Shown one piece after another: positions 24,740-37,759 of a stretch of DNA of 64,000 nt (positions within the stretch are counted from its first letter, which is position 1; each line of letters begins with the position of its first letter). Source of the DNA: Camelus dromedarius (Eukaryota); the NCBI RefSeq assembly GCF_036321535.1, contig NC_087437.1, positions 13,208,001 through 13,272,000 of the forward strand, given 5' to 3'. The position numbers were made by a program, and so were the translations under genes. Under the pieces are notes generated by a model. The model did no database searches, was not told the DNA's origin, and was given only the letters and a program-made list of their open reading frames with translations.

Positions 24740-25132
24740 TTTTAAATTAAAATTTCATTGAAGTGTAACATACTTATAAAAATGGCACAGTTCGTGAGTG
24801 CATAGTTCTGTGAATTTTCACAAAGTGAGCACAGACAACCATCACACAGATCAAGAAACAGAAGCAAGAACCATCCAAAAGCCACCTTTATGCTCCTTCT
24901 GGTTACTGACTTCCAAAAGGTAACCACTGTTCTGGCTGCTAATTCCATAGATCAGTTTTGTTTCTGATCATTTTATAAATAGAATCATATCATATGTCCT
25001 CTTTTGTCTAATTCATTTTGTTCAAAATTTCATTTGTGAGATTCATTCACTTTGTTACTCGTAACACCTATTCATTCTCATTGTCATGTAGTATTACATG
25101 CTCGACTAAAACACAATTTAATTATCCATTCT
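24740..25132 (-). mobile_element. L1MC/ME-type 3' fragment
   Basis: ttcattgaagtgtaacatac..gaattttcacaaagtgagcaca..cagatcaagaaacagaa..aaatagaatcata. Confidence 0.8.
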
Positions 25133-25605
25133 ATTTTTTTCCTCTTTTACTGAAGTATAGTTTATTTACAATGTTATATTAGTTTCAGGTGTACAACATA
25201 GAGATTTAATATTTTTATAGATTTAATATTTTTATAGATTATACTCTGTATAAAGTTATTACAAAATATTGGCTATATTACTTATGTTGTTCAATATATC
25301 CTTGTAGCTTATTTATTTTATACATAATAGTTTGTACCTCTTAATCCCCTACCTCTATCTTGTCCCTGCCCCTCTCCCTCCCTATAGTAACCACTAGTTG
25401 GTTCTCTATATCTGTTTTGTTATATTCATTCATTCGTTTTATTTTTTTAGATTCCACATATAAGTGATAACATACAGTACTGTTCTTTATCTGTCGGACT
25501 TAAATCACTAACCATAATACCCTCCAGGTCTATCCAAGTTGTTGCAAATGGCAAAACTTAATTCTGTGGCTGAATAATATTCCATTCCATGTATACTACA
25601 TCTTT
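25133..25605 (-). mobile_element. L1 3' end inserted next to or into the older L1M
   Basis: tactgaagtatagtttatttacaatgttatattagtttcaggtgtacaacata..tagattccacatataagtgata; contains a 17-bp tandem duplication. Confidence 0.85.
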
Positions 25606-25850
25606 ACTGAGCCATAAAATTCTATATTTCAATTATTCTAAGTACAAGAATTTTCTCTCATTGAGATTATTAACTTTCTGGTTGTATAATGTTAATTACT
25701 CTCTTAGAAACTTGACAACTCTCTTCTTTGAACTAGACCTTATTACTTTGATATTTTTAAAGGCAAAAATATGAAATTATAAGAAAATCAAGATGCAGAA
25801 GCTAGTCAAGTAATCTTTATTTTCTTTCTTTTTCATACCCAAGACTATAT

Positions 25851-26516
25851 GTGTGTGTGTGTGTGTGTGTGTGTATTCTTTTTCATTTTCTTTTCCATTA
25901 TGGTTTATTATAGGATATTGAATATAGTTCCTTGTGCTATATAATAAGACATTGTTGTTTATCTATTTTATATTTAGTAGTTTGTATCCGCTATACAGAA
26001 ACTCCTAATTTATCCCTCCCCTACCCCCTTTCCCCTTTGGTAACCATAAGTTTGTTTTCTATGTCTGTGTGTATGTTTCTGTTTTGTAAATATGTTCATT
26101 TATATCACATTTTAAATTCCACATATAAGCGATATCTTTCTGTGTCTTTCTGTGTATTTGTCTTTTTGTGTCTGACTTACTTCATTTAGTATGATAATCT
26201 TAGGTCCATCCACATTGCTGCAAATGGTATTGTTTAATTCTTTTTTTGACTGAGTAGTATTCCACTGTATATATATGCAACATTTTTATCTATTCATCTG
26301 TTGATGGATATTTAGGTTGCTTCTGTGTCTTGGCTATTGTAAATAGTGCTACTATGAACATTGGGGTGCATGTATCTTTTCTAAGTAAAGTTTTCTCTGG
26401 ATATATGCCCAGGAGTGGGATTGCTAGATCATATGGAAAGTCTATTTTTATTTTTTTAAAGAAACCTCCATATTGTTCTCCATAGTGGCTGCACCAATTT
26501 ACATTCCCATCAACAG
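25851..26516 (-). mobile_element. L1 fragment with ORF2 C-terminal remnant and (GT)12 at its 3' end
   Basis: ORF 26290-26523 (PYDLAIPLLGIYPEK..DTCTPMFIVALFTIAKT.KQPK) is the L1 ORF2 C-terminus. Confidence 0.92.
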
Positions 26517-27549
26517 AAAACATTATATATTAAAAAACTCATTTCTTTGGCATTATGAGTAATTAACTTCTGATAGATGACAAACAAAACCTGATATAAC
26601 TACTTAACAGTTACAGTTTATTAGTTTTGTCTTTTTCCCTAGAGAAAGGGGAAAAATAAGTGATTGATTGTCAACACCAGGGGCTTTTTTGGCTCCTACA
26701 GGGGGAATTTTGACTGGTCCATTGCAGTAACCAGTAACAAAACTCAAAGTCTCATTCAGATTTACAAAAAGGGCCTCATACAGTTGATTCAGGGTTTAAA
26801 CACTCTTTAATTTTCCATTTCCTGGCTTAAAGAATCAGGTCCATCCTTCACATCTGATCAAAATAAAGAAAGGCATCTTTTCTCACAGTTTCAATGTTTG
26901 CAAATATTGTATATAATGAATGATGTGAATTGAAAGTTTGATGAAAATTTCTAGGTATTGCCAAGTAATTGACTTTAATTAAAGTGGAGAGGTGTCATCT
27001 GCTTGTGTCCTTTTGAAATAAGTCCAGACACGTGATATCAAGCACTAAAGTTTCTGGTTTCCTTGAGAGAGTTTGATTTAACTGATGTATTTTGACTACC
27101 AGGATGGCACATTGCTTTTAAAATGCATATCTTTTTTTGACTTAACAATAACAATTTAAGTTAAATTTTAAGAGAAAAATATACAATGCTGTATTTCATA
27201 CATCTGCTTTATTCTAATTCTTCATGGAATATTTCCAACATAGTGAAAAGTACAGAAAATATAACAGATACCCACATGTCCTCTCTTAAAATGTTAACAT
27301 TTTGCTCCATTTGCTTTAACTATATACTAGAGAAAATATTACACGGTGGAAAATGGAGACTCATCCAATCATATGTACTGAAGCACTATTGTTAGTCGTG
27401 AAAGATTGGGAGGAACCCAAGTGTCTATCTACCAGGAAGTTCATAGCAATGGAAGAGTAGATCAGTTCTCCCAACTATGGGAAAGGAGAGGAGGAAACTA
27501 TGATGTGATGGGTCTCTACTTTTACCTTTACATCTTCTATTTCCACCTG

Positions 27550-28230
27550 ATTGCTTTTATTAAAGCAATACATATTTATTGTGGAATTTTCAGAACTAGA
27601 AAAAAAAAAATACAAGAATCTCCTAAATGCTACCATTTGGAGATAATTGTTACTAGTTTGATTTTATCTTTCTACTTTTTGCTAAAAATATATGTTTAGT
27701 TACACATATACAATTATTTGGTAAATTAGATATATGAGAGATGATAGCTAGATATAGATAATCTCAAATAAACAGTATTAGTTCAGTTTTGCACATAATT
27801 TACCATTTTACTTTTTCCAATTAGTATTATTCATAACTTTTTTTCCTACTTGTACTTGATTTTCTGATATAAAACTTAATTTTAATGGTTTTTCACTACA
27901 TCACATGGGCTTACTATGCTTTATTTAACCATTCCCCTGTGACTGGATGTTTGATTCAAGTCTTCATAGACAACATTGCACATCAATCTCTGTGATCATC
28001 CTTGAATCATTCTTTAGTATAAATATTCAGTTGAGTAATGAGTTGGTCAAAGGATATGAACAATTTAAGGCTTTAGAGATACATTACAAAATTACCCTCC
28101 AGAAAGGTCATAATGTAAACAATTACCACTTTATGAGAACACCCTTGTCACTCATCTAAGGACCTTTTAAACTTAATTTTGCCTATCTGACAGATGAGAA
28201 ATTGCATTCTTGTTCATTTGAATGAAAAAT
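27550..28230 (-). mobile_element. ancient L1ME-type fragment
   Basis: ttatttaaccattcccctg..ggtcaaaggatatgaacaattt..aaattaccctccagaaagg. Confidence 0.65.
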
Positions 28231-29299
28231 CAGGCGCATATTGCCCCGTAATACATTATGAATGATACATTATAAAGTTAAGCATAGCTTCACTTGTAAA
28301 GAAAAAACTTGCTGTCTCTGTAATTATAGGCAAAAGTTTCTGTTTCCCAGTGTAGGTGAGCCAATGCTTGCCACAGGAACTCACGAGGAGGAACGGTGTC
28401 AGCCGGAATATAGAGGGTCCTAGAGATAGATTATTCTCTATAGTGAGTCACATCAGTTTTCTTTTTTTTTCCCCTCTATAATCTCTAAGAAAAAAAACTT
28501 TTACTTTTAACTACATTCTGCATGGGATAGAGAAATAGCTTCATAATTACTGTGACTTCCTCTGAAGATGTGGTGGACTTTATTGTCTGTGTTCATTGAC
28601 AAATGTAATCATTGCCAGAGACGCCAGGAACAGGATTGGTTCACATGAAACTCACTACACATATAACACAAACTCCAGATGCTCACAGACTATGAGCATC
28701 TCAGGGGCTCAGGGGGTGGGAGGTTAATGGAATTACACAGAAACTATGGCATCTCTGACACATTTTGTATTTTTTAGCTGCTTATTCTTACAAAAAAGTG
28801 CAAGCATAGTAAAAATCATTCTTGCATCACAGTAGTATGCCAGAGAGCCTTGGGTGAACCAAAGTGCTCAGGGTAGGGGTGGGGGGGATGAAAAGGAAAA
28901 GAACAGGCCTCACAAGCTGAGGGAGGCTTAACTTTACATAAAATAGACATGCAAATGAAATCTGTTTCGAGCAAGGAGAAACTTCTTAAGCACATGCATG
29001 CAAAGAAGGAAATGCTCCAAAGGCAGGTATTATACTTAAGAGAAATTGGTAATAAAAGGTAAGTTTTGCACAGTTGCAGACTGAGAACAAGGAGGAAATC
29101 AGAATTCAGATAGCAGCTGCCCATAGCAATGTGTCTTCCAGACCTTGAATGTCTATTTGTTAAATGAATGAATGAACCTACTTAACTATACATAGTTTTT
29201 ATTAAAAATGCTTTATAGTGGTATCTATCTATCTACCTAGCTATCTATCTACTTTTGCCTAAGTGTATACATGTGATTAGATATTCATTAAAGTGATCT

Positions 29300-30125
29300 T
29301 TTTTCCTTCTTCTTCTTTTGGTATGTGCACTAGGCTTCCTCTCCTCTTTGTCTCCCCACCTGCATCAACCTTCTCATTCCCTCAGATAGTCTATATTAAT
29401 AACCTGTACCTCTCCATGTTTTTCTCTTTACTCAAATAATAATTATATACACACTCACTCACTCAAACAAGTAGACGAAGATCCTTTGGTTCACTATTAA
29501 CGTTAAAAAAAATCAGATCAATACAAACTACTATATACAAAATAGGTAAACAACAAGGTCCCGCTATATAGCACAGGGGACTATATTTAATAGCTTGTAA
29601 TAACCTATAATAAAGAAGGATATGAAAAAGAATATATATATGTATAATTGAATCATGATGTTGTACACCAGAAAAAGCACAACATTGTAAATCAACTATA
29701 CTTCAATTTAAAAAAAAAAAAAGAAATAAAATATTTTGGAAGATGGAAAAAAAAATAAGATCACATGAGATTGTATTATGCACAGTTCCCTGAATCTTGC
29801 TTTTCTCATGAAACAGTGCATCATGAACATTCCTCTAGCCATCGGATGTAGCCCTATTTGATTTTATGAATGACTGGATGAGAACAAATGGTATGCATAT
29901 GCTATGATTATTCAGATAATCTCCTGTTGATGGCCATTCACTTTGTTCCGTGTTTTGCTTGGTACATATGTCTTTATCCATCTGTGCTTACATTTTCTAT
30001 GGGATAGATTTCCAGACATACAAAAGCCTGGTCAGGGAACGTGTATATAAATGTTAGTACATATTGCCAAACTGCTTTCAAATATAGTAGGAGTTAATAT
30101 TTCTACCAAGAATATTTTTATTTCT
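29300..30125 (-). mobile_element. ancient L1ME-type fragment (host of a younger L1)
   Basis: tcttgctttttctcatgaaacagtgcatcatgaacatt..ctcctgttgatggccatt..atattgccaaactgctttc. Confidence 0.6.
29521..29747 (+). mobile_element. 5'-truncated young L1 3' end with 16-bp TSD
   Basis: atacaaactactatatacaaaataggtaaacaacaaggtc..aatcaactatacttcaa; TSD aaaaaaaatcagatca (29505-29520) / aaaaaaaataagatca (29748-29763); TT|AAAA endonuclease site. Confidence 0.9.
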
Positions 30126-31220
30126 ACATATATGGAAACTTGTATGTGTTTATCTTTGTATTTTACCCTTAAATCATCTTTTCAATATGGTGTAGAATTC
30201 TCTTTTTGCATTTTTAATCTTTAAAAGGAAATCTCTGTTAGTAGAACCCTCTACCGGAGGATAGTGAGATACTCTGTACATCCCTCCACCCTAACATTGA
30301 AGAGGAGAGGTTCCGATTCAGGAAAGCACTCAGAACTGAACTATGGTGTGGGAGGGCGTGCGTTTTGTGGGAGGAACACGGTGGTCTAATCTTCTTTGGC
30401 ATAAATTTCCCTTCTCTTTTAAAGATGTTTTCCTTGCTTGGGTCAACCAGAATCCTCCTGCTGTGTGGAGGGGCGATACCATGTTGACTAGAAAGCCAGC
30501 CCAGAACTAGAATAAGGTCTTGGGGAAAAGCCCACGGTGGCAGCTAGGGTGCTTCCTTTTCAAGAGGAAAGGAGTCCTTGGGAGCCTCACTTATCAGGAT
30601 AAGGAGGCCAGAGATAGATTTGCGGTAAAACTCTCGGAGGAAGTGGCATGTGTGTGCCTGGAGTGTCCTCACGGCTGTCTCCCTCAGAGGTGAGTAGCAG
30701 CAGTGGCTGGCTAGTTGAGCATTCCACTCGTTGATCCTCCTCTCCTCTGCCCTCCATCTTTCAGAAGTAACACTGATAGTCTTTAAAAAACTTTATGCTA
30801 AAGAAAAATGCCTTCTGATGACATTACAATAGCCATCGGCACTGGATGGGCTCCATCAGACCAACTAATAAAGATTATGGTGCTGAGAGTGCAGGATAGT
30901 TCCACAAACCTGCTGTTACATAACCTGTTTTTATTCCAGCATTGAAATCCCTTTCTCCCTAAGGGAATAAACTTTAAAGTTCCTCTGGATCACAAAAATG
31001 ATCAAAGGGGAACCTAAAGATGAAGAAAATGCTAAGTAAGCATGATGTTTCGTTTGATGCCTGGCTTGCAGGCCGGTTGATGTGGGTTCCTGGACTGCAT
31101 TTGTTCCTACAAAAAGGGGGGGCTCAATTTCCTCCAAGATAAAATGATGAAACAGGAAGTGATGGTTTCTAAAATCTCTTGGAGTTCCATGTGGTGTTCA
31201 GTAGTGAGTTCATTGTCATG

Positions 31221-31606
31221 TAGAGTTCACAAACTTGTGGCCCACAAGCTCAATTGATCACTCCCACAAGTTTTTCCTTTTTGCTCATGTGTTATTTTAA
31301 GAAAATTAGAAAAAAAATGCAGCAAATATCATCTTTTATGAAAAAAAAAATCAGATTTTCTGGATTTTGTTAGGAATCAGAAGCTCCAGTAACACTTGGC
31401 TGGAGGAGGGTGAGGCAGCCCCTCTGGAGCTGACATCCGCGCTCCAGACCAGTCCCCACCCCACCACTGTGTTTCCCAAACACTGCGGCTGAGGGTCAGT
31501 GCTCTTCACCATCATGTGTATATTGCTGTTTTTCTAATGCCAGTTCTGCTGTGCTCTCTTCCATTATCTGAATTTTCTCTGTAGAGTCATCAGTTTGTGA
31601 TCTCTG
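31221..31606. mobile_element. hAT-Charlie-type non-autonomous DNA transposon
   Basis: Terminal inverted repeats tagagttcacaaact / agtttgtgatctctg (13/15 complementary). Confidence 0.65.
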
Positions 31607-33614
31607 CCATAGCACTTAGTGTGAATCCCGAAAATTAAAGGAAAAAGAAAAGGAGATTGTGTCCATGTGGATCACATAAAAAGCAAAGTTAAGAGTAATC
31701 AGATTATCTAGATGCGATTGGATTAAAGACAGCTGGGAATACAAACTGAGCAAAGAAAATAAAGTGTAGATTTTTCTTGAACAAATTACCTCCGTTTTGG
31801 GTCATTTTATATCTTCCCTTCACCCTCTCGTTGGTTTGGGTAGAAAATTTATCTCTACTTTGCATTAAATTATTTATGTTCTTTATATGATTTTGCTTTT
31901 CTCTCCTAGGTTCCTTAGAAATATTGGGGTGGAGGAAGTCAGGAGAGAAAGGAAGAAGTGATGAAGACGAAGGTGAAGAGATGAAGACACCAGAGTTCTA
32001 TTCCACCAGAGCACCTTCAATGTCTAGATCTATTTAGCAAAAAGAAGATAAAAGTGCCCCATTTCCATGCTAGTGATGATAAATTTCAGTTGCCAAGGAC
32101 TTGTCAGCGTTTTGTTTTCCTGCTAACGAAGTGGCTGCTTTATTTCTATTCTCACCTTTTATAATGAGACTGTTCGTTGACCTGGGCCCTTCAGTTTTAA
32201 TACATTTGCCAGCCTCTATGAATGTTAGAGTGAGGCAATGTAATTATAATGAGGACAAGAAGCCACAGCCTGAATTTTGACCATTGTCAAACAAGTACTT
32301 TCCCTCACTTTAGTTCTTAGTCTTTTCAAGTGTGTTTTTCCTGTTCTAAAAATGCAAACACACCAAATTTGTGGTTAAAACGTCTCTAGGGTTTCAAGGA
32401 ATATAAACTAGGATTGCTAAAAGAACTAGTCCACTGGGAAAAGCATGTGAAAATGAAAACTAATATAAGAAGCCAAGAATCCAAATAAAAGTTAAAGGAA
32501 CTCCTTTAAAAACTGCCACTTCATAGTGTTCTTTGTAATAATAACTTTACCCCATTCTCCATGAAATAATTCACCAAGAGCTGAAGTTAATATTCCAAGA
32601 ATAAATGTTTATTAGTAACTTAGCTTTCAAAGTGTCAGCCATCTATATGAAATCTTCCCGGATTTTCTTTAGGGATGTATTAAAGAACAAATATTTTTAC
32701 GTACTTCTGCACAATTTCACCTATGTCTGTTCATTCTGAGGCAAGAACAAATTGCTGGGGTTGGAATCCTGGCTCTAAGCTTTTTTGATGCCTAACCTTA
32801 TGCAATTAATTTCTCTATGCTTCATTTTCCTCACCTGTAATATAAATATTTTCTCACCACACTTCCTTCTCCTCCCCGCAGTACTCCTGGTGTATTTCAG
32901 CATATGTTGGCGTGAAAACAATAATATTTATTATATACTTTTGACTATGTATTGCTTAGCTGAATAGTGTACTATGGTTTTCTTTGTTTTTTACACTTTT
33001 TAATTTGCCTCAGAATTACAGACTTACCAAGGTTTAAAGTCTCTTAGTTTTTTTTTTTTAAATGCTTTTTGTTATTTTTAAGAGAACACAGAAATGGAAA
33101 ACATGGACTATTTTAAAAAGTGCAGAAAATAATAAAACAGACTCTCAGCTGCCCATCTCCTGTAGTTAACAAATACATAACATAAAATTTTGGGACTATA
33201 ATAAAACAAAGCAGAGAGCATACTGAAGGTCTGTTCCTTGGGTTTTTTCACTGATGAATTAAAGGAGCAGGTGTATGAACCATCATGTCCACATCACTCA
33301 AGTCTTTTTGCAAATCCCAAGGAGAGGGAGCTTTATTGGCTTACATTTGGCCACTCCTAACAGAATAGTCTTCACTCCCTGAGTCAGGGATCTGATGTGG
33401 ATTCTTCCCATTTACTAAGTATGTTCCTTTTTGGGAAACAGGGAAATAATCTTCGGATGTGTCCATGGTCCAACTGGTCCCGCTGTTAGATGGGCTTGGG
33501 CCAAGTTTACGTCTACCATCAGATTTCCATATACCCCTTCTCACTGATATTTAGGGTCTCCAGAGATGAGCATAAATTCAGAGCCAATATCTAATAACTC
33601 TCCCAAAGTCCAGG

Positions 33615-34430
33615 CTACCTCTCTTTTTCCAAGCACAGTTGCCCTAGTAAAAGGCTACACGTTAGTTCCACTTGGGAAGGCTTAGGGAGTAAATCACAAT
33701 GTACGTGTTTGGTGAGGCTACAAGATCCTCCCACAAGCAGGTGGACCTCCTTCTCAACTGAGGGGCAAGGGAGTCTGTGCACTGGTTTAGGTCTGAAACC
33801 TGGTAAGAGGCCATAATCTGCCCCATGATAACTTGAGTTAAAGTTCTTCCCAGGCAAGCAAGACTATTTCTGCCAATATTGGTCTAACACCACTTTAATA
33901 AACTGCAAGTCTATTTCATCATTGTGAGATATTTGATCAATTAGCTGTATTTGCCCTGTTATCAATAGCTCTTTCAGAGCTACCAAGGGAGCATCCTCCA
34001 CAGGTTTATAGCTTTTAGATTTTATTTTCCCTGTGTTTGCTCTCTAGAGCCATAAATGAGCCAGATGGGTTCACATCTTATAAATTCTGCTGTTCCCTTA
34101 GCAACTAGATCCACTTGATCTTCCAATGCCTCATCCTTCATCTGTACTTCATCCCATGCTACACTAGTGATAAATTGAGTGACTGTGATTCCACCACATG
34201 CCATAGGTTATATCTTTTCTATTTCTTCCAGCGAAGAGTAATCTGCATCGAGCAACTCAATCCAAGAATCTTGTCTTGAAAGTTTGGTCCTTGACCCTGA
34301 CCTTAGGACAAGTCACTCATCAAGTCAAAGTCCTATCATCACACAGATGACACCATCAAATGGGATAATTTGAGGAGTTTAGTAAAGAGACAATTTACAG
34401 AGATGTGTATAGCGTAGATGTAGGGGACCC
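33615..34430 (-). mobile_element. internally deleted ERVL relic (LTR end, gag N-terminus, gag/pro junction)
   Basis: Minus-strand pieces LWHVVESQSLNLSLV / AWDEVQMKDEALEDQV / MALESKHREN / LVALKELLI resemble ERVL gag; ccttttactagggcaactgtgcttgg resembles the ERVL PFTRVTVHWG region. Confidence 0.7.
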
Positions 34431-35183
34431 AGTATTGCCTGATTTGTTATTACTGAAATAGTATCACTGGGGTTTAAATATTAAGGATATATTGAATTTC
34501 AGCCAATCTTCATGTCATCAGAGGCCACCTAATCTCCACTTTTCACATTTCCTGGAGCCGTAAATGCTGATCTTCCCAGGGATTCCCAGGACAAACTTGT
34601 TCTATGTTCATCTGCATTTTTCCAGGCAGGCAATTAGGCCAAAGCTGTCTCCATGTTGCTACACTGGTTAGCACACTTCCACTGACCGTGTCCACATTTT
34701 TGAACCCTCTCAGCTACACATTTGGAACTTCTAATTTGGTTGTATACTAAAATCTCTTAAAATTCGTCTGCTGCCTAAAATCCCATCCTTTTAGAAGGTG
34801 AAAAGATAACGTTTTTAGTTAATTGGCCATTTCAAGCATGGGCTTAAAAAAAGCTTTTGTTATAGAAAATGTGCTTCCATTATATAAAAAAAAATTGTTA
34901 CAAATAATTGGCATCAACACATATTCTTTAGTTATGTTAATTCTATTTAGATTTCAATTCTGTAAAATCTCAGGGCACTGGAGATTTCAAGCTTTAGTAA
35001 AATATCTGAGAAAATTAGACCCTGTTCTAGGGCTCATAATATTCTCTTATAAAGTATATTTTTACTCTTTGGGCAACAGATCAAGTTCAGTATGATAACC
35101 TCTATTTGACAAGAAATGGAGGTAGCATTCTAGCCCCCTTTACCTCAGTAAGTAATTGGGAAATCAAGGTAAAACTCTGTGTA

Positions 35184-35190
<7 letters not shown>

Positions 35191-35226
<36 letters not shown>
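35191..35226. repeat. (GT)18 microsatellite
   Basis: Perfect dinucleotide run. Confidence 0.97.
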
Positions 35227-35228
<2 letters not shown>

Positions 35229-36129
35229 ATGCATGCACTTGGTTACATCTGAATTATGTCACTATTAGATTAAATAAATTCAGAAGTATCTAACTTGTAG
35301 CATAGTATAAAATCGATGAAGAGAAGATGATTATTGTTTTATTTCCTTAAATCCCCCAAGATACCATAACAATTAAATATCAACTGTAGCAATTAGAAGA
35401 AGGAATTGGTTATACAATGCAGATTATAAATGTGAAATTGTCATACTATGGGAGGTTTTCTTTAAGATAAGCTTTAATTTTTTTCAGAATAAATTTTCAA
35501 GTAAACTCTAGGCAACTTATCAAATCAGTCAGTAACAAAAACAAAAACCCAGCAGCCAAAATAACGTAAACATCTGAGTTAGTGATCGACTCTTCAATGC
35601 TTATTATAGCTCAAGGGCTCTGGGCTAATTACCTCTTTAGTTTCAGTAGACAAGATGGGAAAAATTAAATGGAACGATGTGTTATCTTATACAGTGATGA
35701 ATAAACTATAAAATACTGGTAAATACAGTGGAGTAAATAGATCTGGCTGTAAAATCTAAGCACCAAAAACTGAAGATTGTTGTTGTTGAAGGCTTTAGAT
35801 ACCACAATACTGTGAAATAAGAACACCTAGAATGATTTCTGTGTGCAAGCTTGTTTCACTCGGTCTGAAAAAAACAAAGTAAATGTTCCTCATTGTTTTA
35901 TCGTTTCCTGATAAAGTAGTTCTGGAGAAAAACTAACTCACCTTGCAAGACTTTCTCTTGAAAAGACTGCAGCTGAGAAAACATAACATTTATATAACCC
36001 AACTTCCATGTTTTTCATTGGAGGAAAGGGGGACTGTGTGACATTATCCAAATCTAATTTATGGCAGAAACTGCTTATTTATTTATTTGATTAATTATTT
36101 GTTTATTGGCAGGTTTATTGAGTCATTCC

Positions 36130-36690
36130 CTACTTCATTCGTTCAACAAGTAGAATTGAGAGAATAGTATGTGGAATCAATTAAGGCTCAGGAGTGTCAT
36201 GAATATCTCTTGCACCCATGAAGCTTGTTGCTTAGTTGGGCATTTATTTACAGATGATTATACACTATGAGGAAAATTTGATGGATCTGGTTAGACTGAA
36301 GACTTGTAGACTTCACAAGAAAAGAACAATAGTGTTTCATTTCCATCAGAGCCCAAGTGCTTAGCACAATAAATGCTGATTAGTCAAGACAGTATAATGC
36401 AATATAAAAGTATAGAATTGGAATATCTACGAGGGGCTGGTGGAGGCTTCCTAGGAGGTATAGAGGAAGCGTTAATCAGATGACACCATGTGTGGGCAAT
36501 ATTTCAGACTTAGAAGATATCAAAAGCAAAGGAACAGATAGGTAAGGTCACATATACACCTTAAAAACGGTAGCTCATAAAAGATGAGGCAGAGTGATGG
36601 AAGCTGGAGAAAGAGACAGAGATCAGATAATAGAAGTATTGACTGAACTGTTAAGAAGCTTATAACACAAGGGAAGTCATTGGAGCTCTA
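36130..36690 (-). mobile_element. L2 fragments
   Basis: ttcattcgttcaacaagt..ggaggcttcctaggagg..gatatcaaaagcaaagg. Confidence 0.55.
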
Positions 36691-37095
36691 TCATCAGCCT
36701 TTGCTATGTGATGGTATATAACAACCAACTTCAAAATCTCAGTGGCTTACAAGTATCGTTTTCCTGCTCAATTTACATGTTGGTGGCTTTGGGTTATCTT
36801 CTGTGACTCTTCTCCCAGCTGTGAGATTATGTCTGCTCCACATTTCAGGACTCAGTCTTACGAATCTCTCTCTAGCGCATGTTTTTCTCATGACTGAAAA
36901 TCATAAACACACGATGAAATTGACAACTTTCTTAGCAGATTTGTCACCTTGGACAAGGCAAGATACAGGCTCAAGTGCAACGCCAGGGGTGGGCATCAGT
37001 GTGTCCTTCTCAGGAGGAATAACAAGGTCATATAGCTGCATAATCCTTTCCTAGGGAAAAGACAAAGAAGTATGGGTAACAATGGAACCTACTAC
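36691..37095 (-). mobile_element. MLT1 (MaLR) LTR
   Basis: tcagcctttgctatgtgatg..taacaaccaacttcaaaatctcagtggcttacaa..actaca end. Confidence 0.7.
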
Positions 37096-37182
37096 AAATG
37101 GTTTCCAGTGGGTACATGGGTGTCATTTAAAAGGGTAACATAAAAAAACACATTCAGAGAAAATAAAAGATCTGTCATCCAG

Positions 37183-37272
37183 AAACATGTTCTGATTTTG
37201 TCCGAAGCCTTGAGATGTGTAATGATTAAACATGTTCCGATTTTATCCGGAGCCTTGAGATGTGTAATGTTT
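37183..37272. repeat. 45-bp tandem duplication
   Basis: Two copies (37183-37227 and 37228-37272), 41/45 identical. Confidence 0.95.
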
Positions 37273-37759
37273 AATGAAAGTGGGATAGTCAGCATTTTTA
37301 TAAAAGAAGTGGCAACATGGTAGGGGGTTCCATTTCTAAGACCTCAATCCAGAAATGATTCCTGTCGCCCAAAGGAATCTGTAGCATACACAGTAAGCTT
37401 GCAGGGATGAAGAGTATGCCACCATGATGTAACATTCAAGTTAGAGAGAAAGAAGATTTTTTAGAGTCATAAGCAGAGCAATTTGCAAACATTTTGCAGA
37501 ACATGTTGGAAAGTATAGCCCTCCCATAGGAAAGTAACCCAGAGTCATCTGCCAGGGGGTGACAATGTTCTCCCATTAATTAGTCCCTTTTTATCCAATG
37601 TATAGGGACCAGGTTATTAAATGCCCCATATGCCTTATAAAGTAGTTAAATTTTATCCTATGGGTCAGGTGGAGCCACTGAAGAAATACGAATTAGAAAA
37701 GATTAGTGGAATTATGTAGAATGTACACACACATGTACCTGTATGTTGATTAGAAGCAT

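Noticed and set aside
26290..26523. ORF with real protein similarity
   Set aside because: It is a truncated L1 ORF2 C-terminus, not a host gene
28677..28701. 9-bp perfect hairpin AGATGCTCA/TGAGCATCT
   Set aside because: Stems of this length are expected by chance in 64 kb
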